From Eledone cirrhosa (taxonomy: Eukaryota), in contig OZ024744.1 of the NCBI GenBank assembly GCA_964016885.1, forward strand, positions 38,130,001 through 38,194,000: 64,000 nucleotides of DNA, written 5' to 3'. Below the pieces are notes generated by a model. It was given only the letters and a program-made list of their open reading frames with translations. It ran no database searches and was not told where the DNA came from. The stretch's first letter is position 1. Each line of letters starts with the position of its first letter. Made by a program: the position numbers and the translations under genes. Positions 25,410 to 40,800 of the stretch are shown here, one piece after another.

Positions 25410-28103
25410 CGTCCTGTGAAGCAGTCACTATGCGTGTCCATGAGGCGAGACACCCACTGGAAGTGCCTGATTCTCACTCTTCTTATCTACGCATGTCTAG
25501 CAGCGATCACGTGGTGTCGACTAACTGTGGTCACGAAGAAAGTTACCAGCCTCTACGACGGACTTCTAACAAAAATATCACAAGCCTCGCCTTGCGACGA
25601 TGGTTACATATACATTCCGGTGGCCTTTGTAATAATGCTTTACCTCGTTTATCTGGTCGAATGCTGGCACAGTCATACTCGGATACAATTACAGTACAAG
25701 GTGGATGGAAACATGGTGTACGAACGGGTAAGAAACATGCGCGAAGCATTACCCATAATTTGGTGGAAAGCGGTCTGTTATCATTATGTTCGCCGGACAA
25801 GACAAGTAACGCGATACAGGAACGGAGATGCCTTCACGACGACGCAGGTTTACTATGAACGAGTAAATTCGCATGCCGCGGGCTCTGCGTTCAATTTTTC
25901 GAATTGTGGAGTGAAAGATGTGTCGCGCGTACTTGTCGGTTTAGATTTATATCCGGCGACAAAGATTCGCTTCACCAAAGGGTTTTCCTTCGCGACATTT
26001 GAAGCTGAGTGTGAATTCGAAGACCAGCGTGCTCAGTTCTTTCAAGACAACGAACGCCGTGACGATTACATGGAAAGCCAAGAGGGCATGGACCTTCTAA
26101 ACGTACATTTCAAAGAGTACATGATTGCCTTTGCAGATCCAGAAAATTTACCTTGGTATGTGTCACATATCATATTCTGGATTGCTTCTTTCTTTTTGTT
26201 GTCGTGGCCGCTTCGTGTTATAATCGAATACAAAACGGCCTACGTACATTTACACGTTCACAAACTTTTCGGAACGAATTACCTCGATAGTGCAGCGGCT
26301 GGTGGGACAGGTGGTCAGCTTTCTCGGGTAAGTACAATGGGTAGTTCAGAAATGGAAATGACTATAAGAAACAATTATGCCATAGTGCCAAGCTACTCAG
26401 AAGCTCTTTTGATACAGTCGCCACACGATGGGCCTTACCAAACGACTTATTTACTACGACGTCCAATACCTGACGCCAATGGAAATATTACTGTTCCAAT
26501 GCGCAGCTTCACATTCTCTAGTCTGTCAAACGTTCAAGGATCTGGAAACAGTGGTTACATACGCGGATCTTGCTCGAACGGGTATCTTTCGACTTCTGCC
26601 AGAGATGCACGACCGAGCAACTGCATAACGGCCGGAAGAGGTAGTTCCTTGATGTCTAGTGGTCATATAACAAGTATTGATGATGCGGTGGATGCGGATG
26701 AGGAGGAAAGTGCCACGGAAAATGATGAGACAGACATTTCACCCTCAGCAACTTTGCGTGGTCATTCTAGCATCAAGCAACAGAGGCGACGGAAACGTAA
26801 AAGATCAAGGAATTCGACTCTAGCCTCTCCGGTCGTTACGACTGCTGCCTCAACTAGTGGAGTTCAAGTTCAAAACCAAGCGTATCCCAGTAGAACTATT
26901 AGTGCTTCCAATGAGAGAGGCATACTACGCCAATCGTCATCAGTTATGTCGATGGCAACATATTCCTGCACTCCACACACATCTGACAGTCACCAATGCG
27001 TCATTGTAAATTCCCCGGCGGTTGCTTCGTTTGAAATGGTCAACATGAGTAACAGAAGTACACCTTCGACGAGTCGCCAGTCAAGTATAGTTACCGTTAA
27101 CGTCCCCGGTAACCCGAAAGCAACTAGTTTACCCACTGCTATTATGAGCAGTAACAATGCTGATACTACTACAACTACAACATCAACTAACGCAACAAGC
27201 TCAACGTCTGCATCATCATTTTTTCAACAACATCAGCAGCAAAAACAACAAAAGCAGCTGCAACGGAAAGAGCAGCAACAAACACAACAACAAGAAGAAG
27301 AACCTGAGCAATCTGTACAATTAAGTGTGGATACTGCAGCCACGCAGGCTGCTGCAACTGCTGTCGATTTACTTTTGAAACAGCAACACAAAACTAATGC
27401 CCAAGACTCCCGAAATCCCCAGAACACGGGCATGGTTACAACACGGTTGACTAGTCACTCAGGTAGTGAAAACACTACTGCACAAAAACAGCATCGACGA
27501 CACCAACAACAACAGCTACAACAACAACATCATCTATGGGCTTTTCAACGTAGAGAAAGTAATAAACGTAATGATTCTGTGAGCAAAAATAAATCAACTG
27601 ACGGTAGCCATGAAAACAGTTACACGTCCATGACGAGATCTAATCAGCGTCACCTGTTAACTTCTCATGCTTCCAGAGATTCTCAAGACAACTACTGCCG
27701 CAGTATCGGAGGCAGCAGAAGAACTGGTAACCATGGAAGCAATTGCTGTAATAAAGACAACAAACACGGCAGCAGTGGCGGCAGCAATCGCAGCAGCAGC
27801 AACACCAATCGCACCGATCCTCTTACTTCTCCACACGTACCTACTGAACCTTCAACTCAAAGTAAACGCACGAGGTCTCATTCAACCTCGAGGCTGGAGC
27901 GGCAAAGCCGAGTTGATTCACGCGACGAAGATCACCCTGACCCACCACCCTGTTACGAAGACGCACTCTGGATGCAAAGGGTAATTGCTGACAGCAGATC
28001 GAATAGCGAAGGCTTCGGAGAAAATTTGAACCCGTCGCATTTGGCTTTTGCGCGCGGCGGTCGTTCGTATAGAACAATTCGATTAATGGAAACTTCTTTG
28101 TGA
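25407..28103 (+). CDS. TMEM151: Transmembrane protein 151 (TMEM151A/B homolog), large terminal coding exon; first exon not located
   Basis: QRPVKQSL..HWKCLILTLL, SPCDDGYIYIPVAF, YLVYLVECWH, WWKAVCYHYVRRTRQVTRYRNGDAFTTTQVYYERVNSH, LSWPLRV, PSYSEA, PPCYEDAL, C-terminal ETSL. Confidence 0.95.
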   Translation, partial: QRPVKQSLCVSMRRDTHWKCLILTLLIYACLAAITWCRLTVVTKKVTSLYDGLLTKISQASPCDDGYIYIPVAFVIMLYLVYLVECWHSHTRIQLQYKVDGNMVYERVRNMREALPIIWWKAVCYHYVRRTRQVTRYRNGDAFTTTQVYYERVNSHAAGSAFNFSNCGVKDVSRVLVGLDLYPATKIRFTKGFSFATFEAECEFEDQRAQFFQDNERRDDYMESQEGMDLLNVHFKEYMIAFADPENLPWYVSHIIFWIASFFLLSWPLRVIIEYKTAYVHLHVHKLFGTNYLDSAAAGGTGGQLSRVSTMGSSEMEMTIRNNYAIVPSYSEALLIQSPHDGPYQTTYLLRRPIPDANGNITVPMRSFTFSSLSNVQGSGNSGYIRGSCSNGYLSTSARDARPSNCITAGRGSSLMSSGHITSIDDAVDADEEESATENDETDISPSATLRGHSSIKQQRRRKRKRSRNSTLASPVVTTAASTSGVQVQNQAYPSRTISASNERGILRQSSSVMSMATYSCTPHTSDSHQCVIVNSPAVASFEMVNMSNRSTPSTSRQSSIVTVNVPGNPKATSLPTAIMSSNNADTTTTTTSTNATSSTSASSFFQQHQQQKQQKQLQRKEQQQTQQQEEEPEQSVQLSVDTAATQAAATAVDLLLKQQHKTNAQDSRNPQNTGMVTTRLTSHSGSENTTAQKQHRRHQQQQLQQQHHLWAFQRRESNKRNDSVSKNKSTDGSHENSYTSMTRSNQRHLLTSHASRDSQDNYCRSIGGSRRTGNHGSNCCNKDNKHGSSGGSNRSSSNTNRTDPLTSPHVPTEPSTQSKRTRSHSTSRLERQSRVDSRDEDHPDPPPCYEDALWMQRVIADSRSNSEGFGENLNPSHLAFARGGRSYRTIRLMETSL

Positions 28104-28661
28104 AAGGAAATTGCTGATAGATGAATAAATGAATGAATTGAGAGAGAAAAAAAACGAGTTATCACTGCTTTATATATAGGCATAAAATTTGAGATATTTT
28201 AGAAAAATTTCAAACAAATGAAAAGACAAAATTGGAGGCTGTGTCATGCAGCAAATGTAAGTATAAGAAAATCATTCCAAAAAGCAATCTAAACCGCGTC
28301 GTGGTCGCGATTTTGGTTGCACGACAAAATACGTCTACCAGACCATCCAAGCCACCGGAAGAAAGGGAGATAATAAGAAACAGAGCGAAAATAAACTCTC
28401 GGTTCAATTATAATAATCCTATAATGGATTGTGAAAAACAAATGATACCGTTACTGGTATCCATACCATACAAAGGACACATTTATTTTTCGGTTTTATT
28501 TTTTCATTTTTAATTCTCCATTTTGAAATCTTGTCCTTGTTGTCGTTTGTTTTGTTTCTGGGGAAAGGTTAAATTGGGGCGTTCAGATTGAAGAAATAAT
28601 ATTGAAATATTACAATTTTGAATTCAAAAAAGAATATCATTCAATTAAAAATAATTTATAC

Positions 28662-28727
<66 letters not shown>

Positions 28728-28985
28728 TTAATAATAATAATTTGCCAGATGGGCAACGAATGGCGGGAGTGGTATATATAATAAATAGTAATAATAACAA
28801 AGATGATGATGATGATGAGGATGATAGTGATGGGGATTATAATGATTATAATGATGATAATGATGATGATGATGATGAAGATGACGACGATGATGATGAT
28901 GATGATGATGATGCTGGTGATTATAATGATTATAATGATGATGATGATGATGACGACGATGAAGAGGACAACGATGATGACGATA
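28662..28985. repeat. (AAT)n and (GAT)n microsatellites
   Basis: Direct reading. Confidence 0.95.
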
Positions 28986-29847
28986 GAAGCTTTGTCTTAA
29001 TATCTACAAGACATAGGAGTACTAATATAAAGTATTATTATCACAGTCATTTTTCTTGGCATCAACGCCCTCAAATTTATCATCGCTATCACCATTATCA
29101 CTACCGTCATCGTCGCCATTGTTATTAATTATTGTTGTTATTAACAGAGCCGGATTTAGAACTTGGGGGACCCGGGACACTTCAGGTTTGAGGAGAGGCT
29201 CATACCCAAATAAGCCCCATGTTTACATTTTAAAATCGGCTTGGCGCTTGGAAATATCAAGCTATACATACGGTTTTTAAATAAAAAAAATCTGACCACC
29301 TTCATTTTAAGTGCACTTTCCACACATCACTGTACTTAAAAACGCACAGAAGCACACACACATACCCAAATGTATACATACATTTATAAATACACCCATA
29401 CACACATGCATACATACACATATATACACCATATTATTGCATAAACTTGGACGATCACATCCCCTTACCTTCTACAACAACCATCTGATATCGCTAAAGT
29501 AGAAAAATGTTTATGAATTTCCATGAGTATTTTTTGTTAAACATTGTTCTGGTACGATTTGATGTCTCTAAAGTAGAGGAATTTCGATTAGTTGATCACA
29601 GGATTGACATTAAGTACTTTTTGTTAAAAGTATTATTCTGGTGTGTAAAAAGTTAAAACCCAAAAGCCCATTTTAGAGCACATCTATTTTACTAGGCTCA
29701 CTACCACTGATAGGGCCCTCAGTGGATGAGGGGACTGGATTAATGCCCCACCCACAAGTTATTACTGTCAATACAGTTGGATTAATACAATCCTTAGAAA
29801 ACCGGAATAATTACCTTTCGGGATGTAGTTAAGGTATTCTGTGTTTA

Positions 29848-29953
29848 AATCGATAAAATAAAGTACCAGCAACGCTCTCGGGGTTGATAAAATGGGCTTT
29901 CTTCTATCCCACTAATTATTGGCCCTGTGCCAATATTAGAAATTATAATTATA

Positions 29954-29995
<42 letters not shown>
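29848..29995 (+). mobile_element. 3' part of a related SINE subfamily with an (ATT)n tail
   Basis: ATCGATAAAATAAAGTACCAG...TGGCCCTGTGCCAATATTAGAAATT(ATT)n. Confidence 0.6.
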
Positions 29996-30049
29996 ACTAA
30001 TCACATGACCACTTTCATGGGGTTCATAATTATGATTAGTTTCACCTAT

Positions 30050-30142
30050 TACCACCACCGCCAGGATTATCTCCACAACCATTAACATCATCATCATCAT
30101 CATAATCATCATCCCACCACCACCACCACCACCACCACCACC

Positions 30143-30176
<34 letters not shown>

Positions 30177-30393
30177 TCATCATAAACAATAACACCACCG
30201 CCACTACCCCCTCCATCAACATCAACATCATCATCACCATGATCCTCATCACGATCCTGCCACCACAGTACCACCGCCGCATCCACCATTATTACAACCA
30301 TCCACTATCATCATCATCAAACGCCACCACCACCACCTTCACCACCACCACCATCATCACCACCACCACCACCGCCATTATCATCATCATTAT

Positions 30394-30424
<31 letters not shown>

Positions 30425-30440
30425 AACAACGCCATCAATC
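30050..30440. repeat. Compound (CAC)n/(CAT)n microsatellite
   Basis: Direct reading. Confidence 0.95.
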
Positions 30441-30740
30441 CATTCTAAACTAATCATTACATTTCTAAGCATTTCTCGGATCCTTTGGTGAGTTTATCAT
30501 TTTTTTGTTTTTTACATACAATTAATAATAATTGTTTCTTTCTCAGATAACATTTTCTTTTTCTTTTTTGTTGTTGTAAGAGGAAGGCAACAGATTATAT
30601 CGTTCTATTGGCATATATTACTGGTATTCTTGTTTTATCAATTAATCAATCATGAAAAAGAACTGATCCCATGGTGAGAGAGGAAAGTGGGTCAATGTAA
30701 GAGGTGTTAAAAAATAATGAACACATGTTCATCTATATGC

Positions 30741-30863
<123 letters not shown>

Positions 30864-31161
30864 TTGCTGTATAATCAGCTCCTGAATATTGCTGGAATTG
30901 TATAAGAATCCAGCTTCTTTAATTTTCGGTGGAAATAGGGGAGTACATGGCACTGGGGAATGCCAACCAGCGTGAAACAGACTGTCAGCCTCTCTCCCTT
31001 CATTCGCCGAAAAGAAGTAAGTAACATAGTCACTACTTTAAAACTGATAGCATATGGTCTTCTAAATGTTTTTAATAAAAAAAAAACGTATATTACCAAA
31101 TATACTATACATACATTCATATATATATATGTATATATATATATAAATATATATATATACA

Positions 31162-31238
<77 letters not shown>

Positions 31239-31382
31239 ATATATATATATTTATATAGATATGTATGTATATGTATATATATATGTATAAATATATATGT
31301 ATATATATATGTATGTGTGTGTGTATTTATATATATAAATCCATATACATCCAGATATATATATATATATATAATATATATA

Positions 31383-31612
31383 CAGGGTGTTTCCAAAAAT
31401 GTTATACCAATGGCCTGTTCCCAAGGTTGTCACATTGAAATATATATTGTGAATTAATGTTATAACGTGGACATGTTTTGAGGAATAAATCTTGTGTTAC
31501 TCAACAAGGAGCCTGCTTAGTCTCGTTGTCCTAGACCCTGTAGTTTCTGGGACATTTACAGCTCAAATGATATTAAAATCTTAAATGATATTAAATTTTT
31601 TGAAACACCCTG
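31383..31612. mobile_element. Tc1/mariner-type MITE in a TA tract
   Basis: TIRs CAGGGTGTTTCCAAAAA / TTTTTTGAAACACCCTG; TA on the left, TG(TA) on the right. Confidence 0.85.
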
Positions 31613-31673
31613 TGTATATATATATTATTCAAAATATTAATAAATGAAGACAATTACGTACTCAAAATATATG

Positions 31674-31733
31674 TTTATTATATATATTTCGGAGGTACTG
31701 TGCCGTTTTTACAGTACGTCCTCATCAGATAAA
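31674..31733 (-). ncRNA. Complete minimal type-I hammerhead ribozyme motif
   Basis: Minus strand: TTTAT-CTGATGA-GGAcGTACTGT aaaaacggc ACAGTACcTCC-GAAA T ATAT A TA-ATAAA. 5-bp stem I, 10-bp stem II, AUA cleavage triplet. Confidence 0.85.
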
Positions 31734-31822
31734 ATACACGAACTGATGTATGACATACCTCAACTGTGTCGATGGTCCAATTTCAGTCTTGGCAGTGAAT
31801 TATTACAACAAAACTCAATATT

Positions 31823-34800
31823 TACGCTATATGAAAGTACACTATGACACTACACTATGAGACTGCACATATGACACTACACATGTGACACTACATATGA
31901 AACTACATATGACACTATACATATGACAGTACACATGAGACACTACACATATGACACTACACATATGACACTACGTATATGACACTACACATGTGACACT
32001 ACGCATACGACACTACACATGTGACACTACACATATGACACTACAGATATGACACTACACATGTGACACTACCCATATGACACTACATATGACACTACAT
32101 ATATGACACTACACATATGACACTACATATATGACACTACACATATGACACTACACATATGACACTACCCATATGACACTACGTATATGACACTAAACGT
32201 ATGACAATACACATATGACATGACATATATGACATTACATATATAACATTACACATATGACACTACACATATGACACTACACATATGACACTACATATAT
32301 GACGCTACACTATGACACTACACATGTGACACTACAAATATGACACTACATATATGACATTACGCATATTACACTACACATTTGACACTACACATGTGAC
32401 ACTCCACATCTAACAGTACATGTATGCAACTACACATGTGACACTACACATATGACACTACACAAGAGACACTGCACATATGACACTACACATGATACTA
32501 CAAATATGACACTACACAAATGACACTACACATATGACACTACACATGACACTACACATATGACACTGCACATATGACAATACACATATGACACTGCACA
32601 TATGACACTACACATATGACACTGCAGGTGTGACACTACACATATGACACTACACATATGACATTATACATATGACACTACACATATGACACTACACATT
32701 TGACACTACACATGTTTCACTACATATGTCACTACACATATGATACTACATATATGACACTACACATATGACACTACACTATGACACTGCACTATGACAC
32801 TACCCCTATGACAGTACACATATTTCAGTAAATATATGACACTACACTTATGACACTGCACATATGACACTATGACACTACACATATGACACTACACATG
32901 TGACACTACATATGTGACACTTCATATGACACTACACATATAACACTACATATATAACACTACACATATGACACTACATATATGACACAACACCTATAAC
33001 ACTACACCTATGAGACTACACATATGACACAACGCATGTGACACTACACATATGACACAACACATATGACAATATACATATGACACTACCCATGTGACAC
33101 TACATATGACACTACATATGACACTACACATGTGACACTACACATCTAACAGTACATGTATGCAACTACACATGTGATACTACACATATGACACTACACA
33201 TATGACACTACAGGTATATAACACTACACATATGACACTACACATATGATACTACAAATATGACACTACACAAATGACACTATACATATTACACTACACA
33301 TGACACTACACATATGACACTGCACATATGACAATACACATATGACACTACACATATGACACTACACATATGACACTGCAGGTGTGACACTACTCATATT
33401 GACACTACACATATGACTTATCCATATGACACTACACATATGACACTACACATGTGACACTACACATGTTTCACTACATATGTCACTACACATCTGATAC
33501 TACATATATGACACTACACATATGACACGACACTATGACACTACACTATGACACTACCCCTATGACAGCATACTTATTTCACTACATATATGACACTACA
33601 CTTATGACACTGCACATATGACACTATGACACTACACATATGACACTACACATGTGACACTACATATGTGACACTACATATGACACTACACATATGACAC
33701 TACATGTATAACACTACACATATGACACTACATATATGACACAACACATATAACACTACACCTATGAGACTACACTAATGACACTACACATGTGACACTA
33801 CACATATGACACAAGACATATGACAATATATATATGGCACTACCCATGTGACACTACATATGACACTACATATGACACTACACATGTGACACTACGCATA
33901 TGACACTATGACACTACACACATGACACTACAGACATAAAACTACACATATGACACTACACATGTGACACTACACATGTGTCACTACATATGACACAACA
34001 CATATGGCACTACATATATGATACTACACATACGAGACTACACATATGACACTACACAAATGACACTACATATGATACTACGCCTATGAAAATATGACAC
34101 TGTACATATGACACTACACTATGACACTACGCTATATGAAGTACACTATGACACTACACTATGAGACTGCACATATGACACTACACATGTGACACTACAT
34201 ATGAAACTACATATGACACAATACATATGACACTACACATGAGACACTACACATATGACACTACACATATGACACTACATATATGACGCTACACATGTGA
34301 CACTACGCATATGAAGCTACACATGTGACACTACCCATATGACACTACACATATGACACTACACATGTGACACTACAAATATGACACTACATATGACACT
34401 ACATATATGACACTATACATATGACACTACATATATGACACTACACATATGACACTATACATATGACACTACACATATGACACTACGTATATGACGCTAA
34501 AGTATGACAATACACATATGACACGACATATATGACATTACATATATAACACTACACATATGACACTACACATATGACACTACACATATGACACTACACA
34601 TATGACACTACATATATGACGCTACACTATGACACTACACATGTGACACTACACATATGACACTACACATGTGACACTCCACATCTAACAGTACATGTAT
34701 GCAACTACACATGTGACACTACACATATGAAACAACACATGACACTACAAATATGACACTGCACATATGACAATACACATATGACACTACACATATGACA

Positions 34801-37800
34801 CTACCCTATGACACTACACTACGACACTACCCCTATAACAGTACACATATTTCACTACATATATGACACTACACATATGACACTACACATATGACATTAC
34901 ATATATAACACTACACATATGACACTACATATATGACACAGCACATATAACACTACACCTATGAGACTACACATATGACACTACGCTTGTGAGACTACAT
35001 ATGACACTACACATGTGACACTACGCATATTACACTATGACACTACACATATGACACTACACATATGACACTACATATGACACTACGTTTTGACAATATG
35101 ACACTATACATATGACACTGCACTATGACACTACAGATATGAAACTACATATATGACACTACACCTATGACACACCACATATGACGCTACACATATAACA
35201 CTACACATATGACACTACACTACATATGACACTATACATATGACACTACACATATGATACACATATAACACTAAACATATGGCACTTCACATAAGACACT
35301 ACATATATGACACTACACATTTGACACTACACATATGACACTTTCACATGTGACACTACATATGTGACTGTACAGATGTGTCAGTACATATGACACTACA
35401 CATATGAATAAGACTACACATATGACAATACACTATGACACTACAATATGACACTAAAACTATGACAGTAAACCTATGACACTACACATATTACACTACA
35501 CGTATTACACTACACATATGACACTATGACACTACACCAATGACAGTACACATATGGCACTATACCACTTCACTTATGACACTACACATGGGACACTAAA
35601 TCTATGACACTACATATGACACTACACATCTGACACTACACCATGACAATACACTCCAACACTACACAGATGATAGATTTACTATGACACTACACATATC
35701 ACACAACATATGACACTACATATATGACACTACACATATGACAATACATATATGACACTACTCATGTGACACTACACATATGACACTGCATATATGACAC
35801 TACACATATGACACTACACATATGACACTACCCATGTGACACTACACATAGGACACTACACTATGACACTACACATATGACACTACACATATGACACTAC
35901 ACATGTGACACTACATATGTGACACTACACATCTGACACTACACGTATGACATTACACAAGTGATATTAAACATATGATACTACACATATGACACTACAC
36001 ATATGACACTACACATGACACTACACATATGACACTACACATATGACACTATACATATGTCACTACACATGTGACACTACATATGACACTACACATATGA
36101 CACTAAATTATGACACTACACTATGACACTACACCTATGACACTACACATATGACACAACATATATGACACTACATATATGACACTACACATGTGACACT
36201 ACATATATGACACTACACCTATGATACAACATACATGACACTATGACCCTACACATATGACACTACACATATGACACTACAGATATAACACTACAGATAT
36301 GACACTACGTATAAGACACTACACATATGACACTACACATGTGACTCTACACATGTAACACTACATATGACACTACACATATGACACTAATATATGACAC
36401 TACATATATTACATTACACTATGACACTACATATATCACACTACACATATGACATTATGACACTACATATATGACACTACAAATATGACACTATGACACT
36501 ACACTTATGACACTAGAGGTATAACACTATTCATATGAAATTACATATAAGACCACACATATGACACTACACATGTGACATTACACATGTGACACTACAT
36601 TAGACACTACACATATGACACTACATATATGATACTACACATATTACACTACACATATATCACTACACCTATGACATTTCATATGACACTACGCATCTGA
36701 GACTATAACACTACACATATGACACTACACTATGACACTACACTATGACACAACACATATGAAACTACACCTGTGATACTACACATATAACGCTACACAT
36801 ATGACACTACACATATGACACTACACATGTGACACTACACCTATGACACCACACATATGACACTACACACATGACACTACACATAAGACACTACATATAT
36901 GACACTACATATATGACGCTACACATATGACACTATACATATGACACTACACAGGTGACACTATGACACAGCTCATATGACACTATATATATGACACTAC
37001 ACACATGACACTACACATATGACACTACACATATAACACTACATCTGTGACTCTACATATATAACGCTACACATATGACACTACCCATATGTCACTACAT
37101 ATGACACTTCACACATGACACTATACCTTTGACACTACACATATAACGCTATACATATGACATTACGCATATGTCACTACACATATGACACAGCACATAT
37201 GACACTACACATGTGACACTACACATATGACCCTACACATGTGACACTTCATATATGACGCCACATATATGACACTACACATATGAGACTAATTATAGGA
37301 CACTACACATGTGACACTACACATAAGACAATACATATATGAGACTACACATGTTACATTACACATATGACACTACACATATGGCACTACATATGTGACA
37401 CTACACCTGTGATACTATACATATAACGCTACACATATGACACTATACACATGACACTATGACACTACAAATATGTGACTACACATATGACACTACACAT
37501 ATGACACTACATATATGACTGTACATATATAACACTACACATATGACACTACACATATGACACAACACATATGACACTACACCTATGATACTACACATAT
37601 GACACTACACATATGACACTGCACATATGACACTACACATATGAACTTACACATGTGACACTTCATATATGAAGCCACATATATGACACTACACATATGA
37701 GTCTACTTATGACACACTACACGTATGACACTACACCTACGTCACTACACTTATGACACTCTACCTATGACACTACAAATGGCACTACACATATGACACT

Positions 37801-40800
37801 ACACATATGACACTACACCTGTGACACTACACATATAACGCTACACATATGACACTACACATATGACACTACACATATGACACTACACATATGACACTAC
37901 ACCTATGATACTACACATATGACACTACACATATGACACTGCACATATGACACTACACATATGAACTTACACATGTGACACTTCATATATGAAGCCACAT
38001 ATATGACACTACACATATGAGTCTACTTATGACACACTACACGTATGACACTACACCTACGTCACTACACTTATGACACTCTACCTATGACACTACAAAT
38101 GGCACTACACATATGACACTACACATATGACACTACACCTGTGACACTACACATATAACGCTACACATATGACACTACACATGTGAAACAACACATTTGA
38201 CCCTACACATATGACACTACACATATGACACTACACAGATGACACTACACATATGACACTTGACATATGACATTACACATGTGACACTACACCTATGACA
38301 CCACACATATGACACTACACATATGACACTGCACATATGACACTACACATATGAACTTACACATGTGACACTTCATATATGAAGCCACATATATGACACT
38401 ACACATATGAGTCTACTTATAGGACACTACACATGTGACACTACACATATGACACTACACATATGGCACTACACATGTGACAATGCACATACCACACTAC
38501 ACAATGTCACTACACATATTACACTACACATGTGACACTACACATCTGACACTAGACATATGATATTACAAAAGTGATATTACATATATGATACTACACA
38601 TACGACACTATACATATGACACTACACATAACACTACACATATGACACTACACATATGACACTACACATATGACACTACACATATGACAGTACACATATG
38701 ACATTACACATGTGACACTACACATGTGTCACTAAACTATGATACTACACTATAACACTACACCTATGACACTACACATATGACACTATGACCTACACAT
38801 ATGACACTACACATATGACACTACAGATATAACACTACACATATGACACTACGTATATGACACGACACATATGACACTACACATATGAAACTTCACATGT
38901 GACACTACATGTGACACTACACATATGACACTAATATATGACACTACATATATGACACTACACTATGACACTACACTATGACACTCCACCTATGACTGCA
39001 CAGATGACAGTACAATTTGGAACTATACATATAACAATACAAATATGTGACACTACACATATGATACTACATATGTGACACTACACCTATGACACTATGA
39101 CAATACATATATGACAATACAAATATGACACTATGACACTACATATATGACAATACAAATATGACACTATGACACTACATATATGACAATACAAATATGA
39201 CACTATGACATATTGCACTACAGATTTAACACTACAAATATGAAACTAGATATAAGACACTACACATATGACACTAGACTTATGACACTACGCATATGAC
39301 ACTACACATATGACACTACACATATGACACTACACATATGACACTACATATAAGACGCTACATATATGACACTACACATATGAGAGTACATATATGACAC
39401 TACACATGTGACACTACACATTTGACAGTACGCATAAGACACTACACGTATAACACTACACGTATGACGCTACACATACGACACTACTAATATGACATTA
39501 CCCCTATGACACTCCACATTTGACACTACACATATGATACTACACATCTATGGCATTACACATATGGCACTACACGTGAGACACTACACATGTGATACTA
39601 CACATGTGACACAACACCATGACACTACAATATGACACTATGTCTATGACACTACACTTTAGACACTACACCTATGACACTACACATATCACACTCCACA
39701 TTTCACTACACATATGACACTACACATATGACACGACACATATGTCACTACACATGTGACACTGCACATGTGTCACTACATATGACACTACACATATGAC
39801 ACTAAATTATGACACTACAGTATGACACTACACATATGGCACTACATATATGACACTACACATATGACAGTATGACAAAACACATATGACACTATATATA
39901 TGACACTACACATATCACATTGCACATATGACACTACACCTGTAACACTACACTTATAACGCTACACATATGATACTTTACATATGACACTACACCTATG
40001 ACACTACACATATGACACTACACATATGACACTACACGTATGACGCTGCATATGACACTGCACATATAACACTACACATGACCCTACAAATATGACACTA
40101 TATATATGACACTACACATATGACACTAGACATATGACACTACACATATGACACTACACATATGACACTACACATATGACACTACACATATGGCATTACA
40201 CATATGATACTACTCATATGACACTACACATATGACACTCCACATGACACTACACATATGACACTACACATACGACACGACACATATGTCACTACACATG
40301 TGATACTGCACATGTGTCACTACATATGACACTACACATATGACACTAAATTATGACACTACAGTATGACACTACACATATGACACTACACATATGTCAC
40401 TACACATGTGACACTACACATGTGTCACCACATATGACACTACACATATGACACTACATATATGACACTACATATATGACACTACACATATGACACTACA
40501 TACATGACACAATGACCCTTCACATATGACACTACACATATGACACTACAGATATAACACTACAGATATGATACTACGTATAAACACTACACATATGACA
40601 CTATACATGTGACTCTACACATGTAACACTACATATGACACTACACATATGACACTAATATATGACACTACATATATTAAACTACACTATGACACTACAC
40701 TATAACACTACATCTATGATTCTGCACATATAACACTACACATATGAAGCTATACATATAACAGTAAACATATATGACACTACATATATGACACTACACA

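Noticed and set aside
25416-25418. GTG as the TMEM151 start
   Set aside because: Homology extends upstream to a canonical splice acceptor; the GTG is an internal Val.
29145-29245. Possible hAT end CAGAGCCGGATTTA
   Set aside because: No convincing matching TIR or TSD found.
28742-30448. Poly-D, poly-M and poly-G ORFs downstream of TMEM151
   Set aside because: Trinucleotide microsatellite translations.
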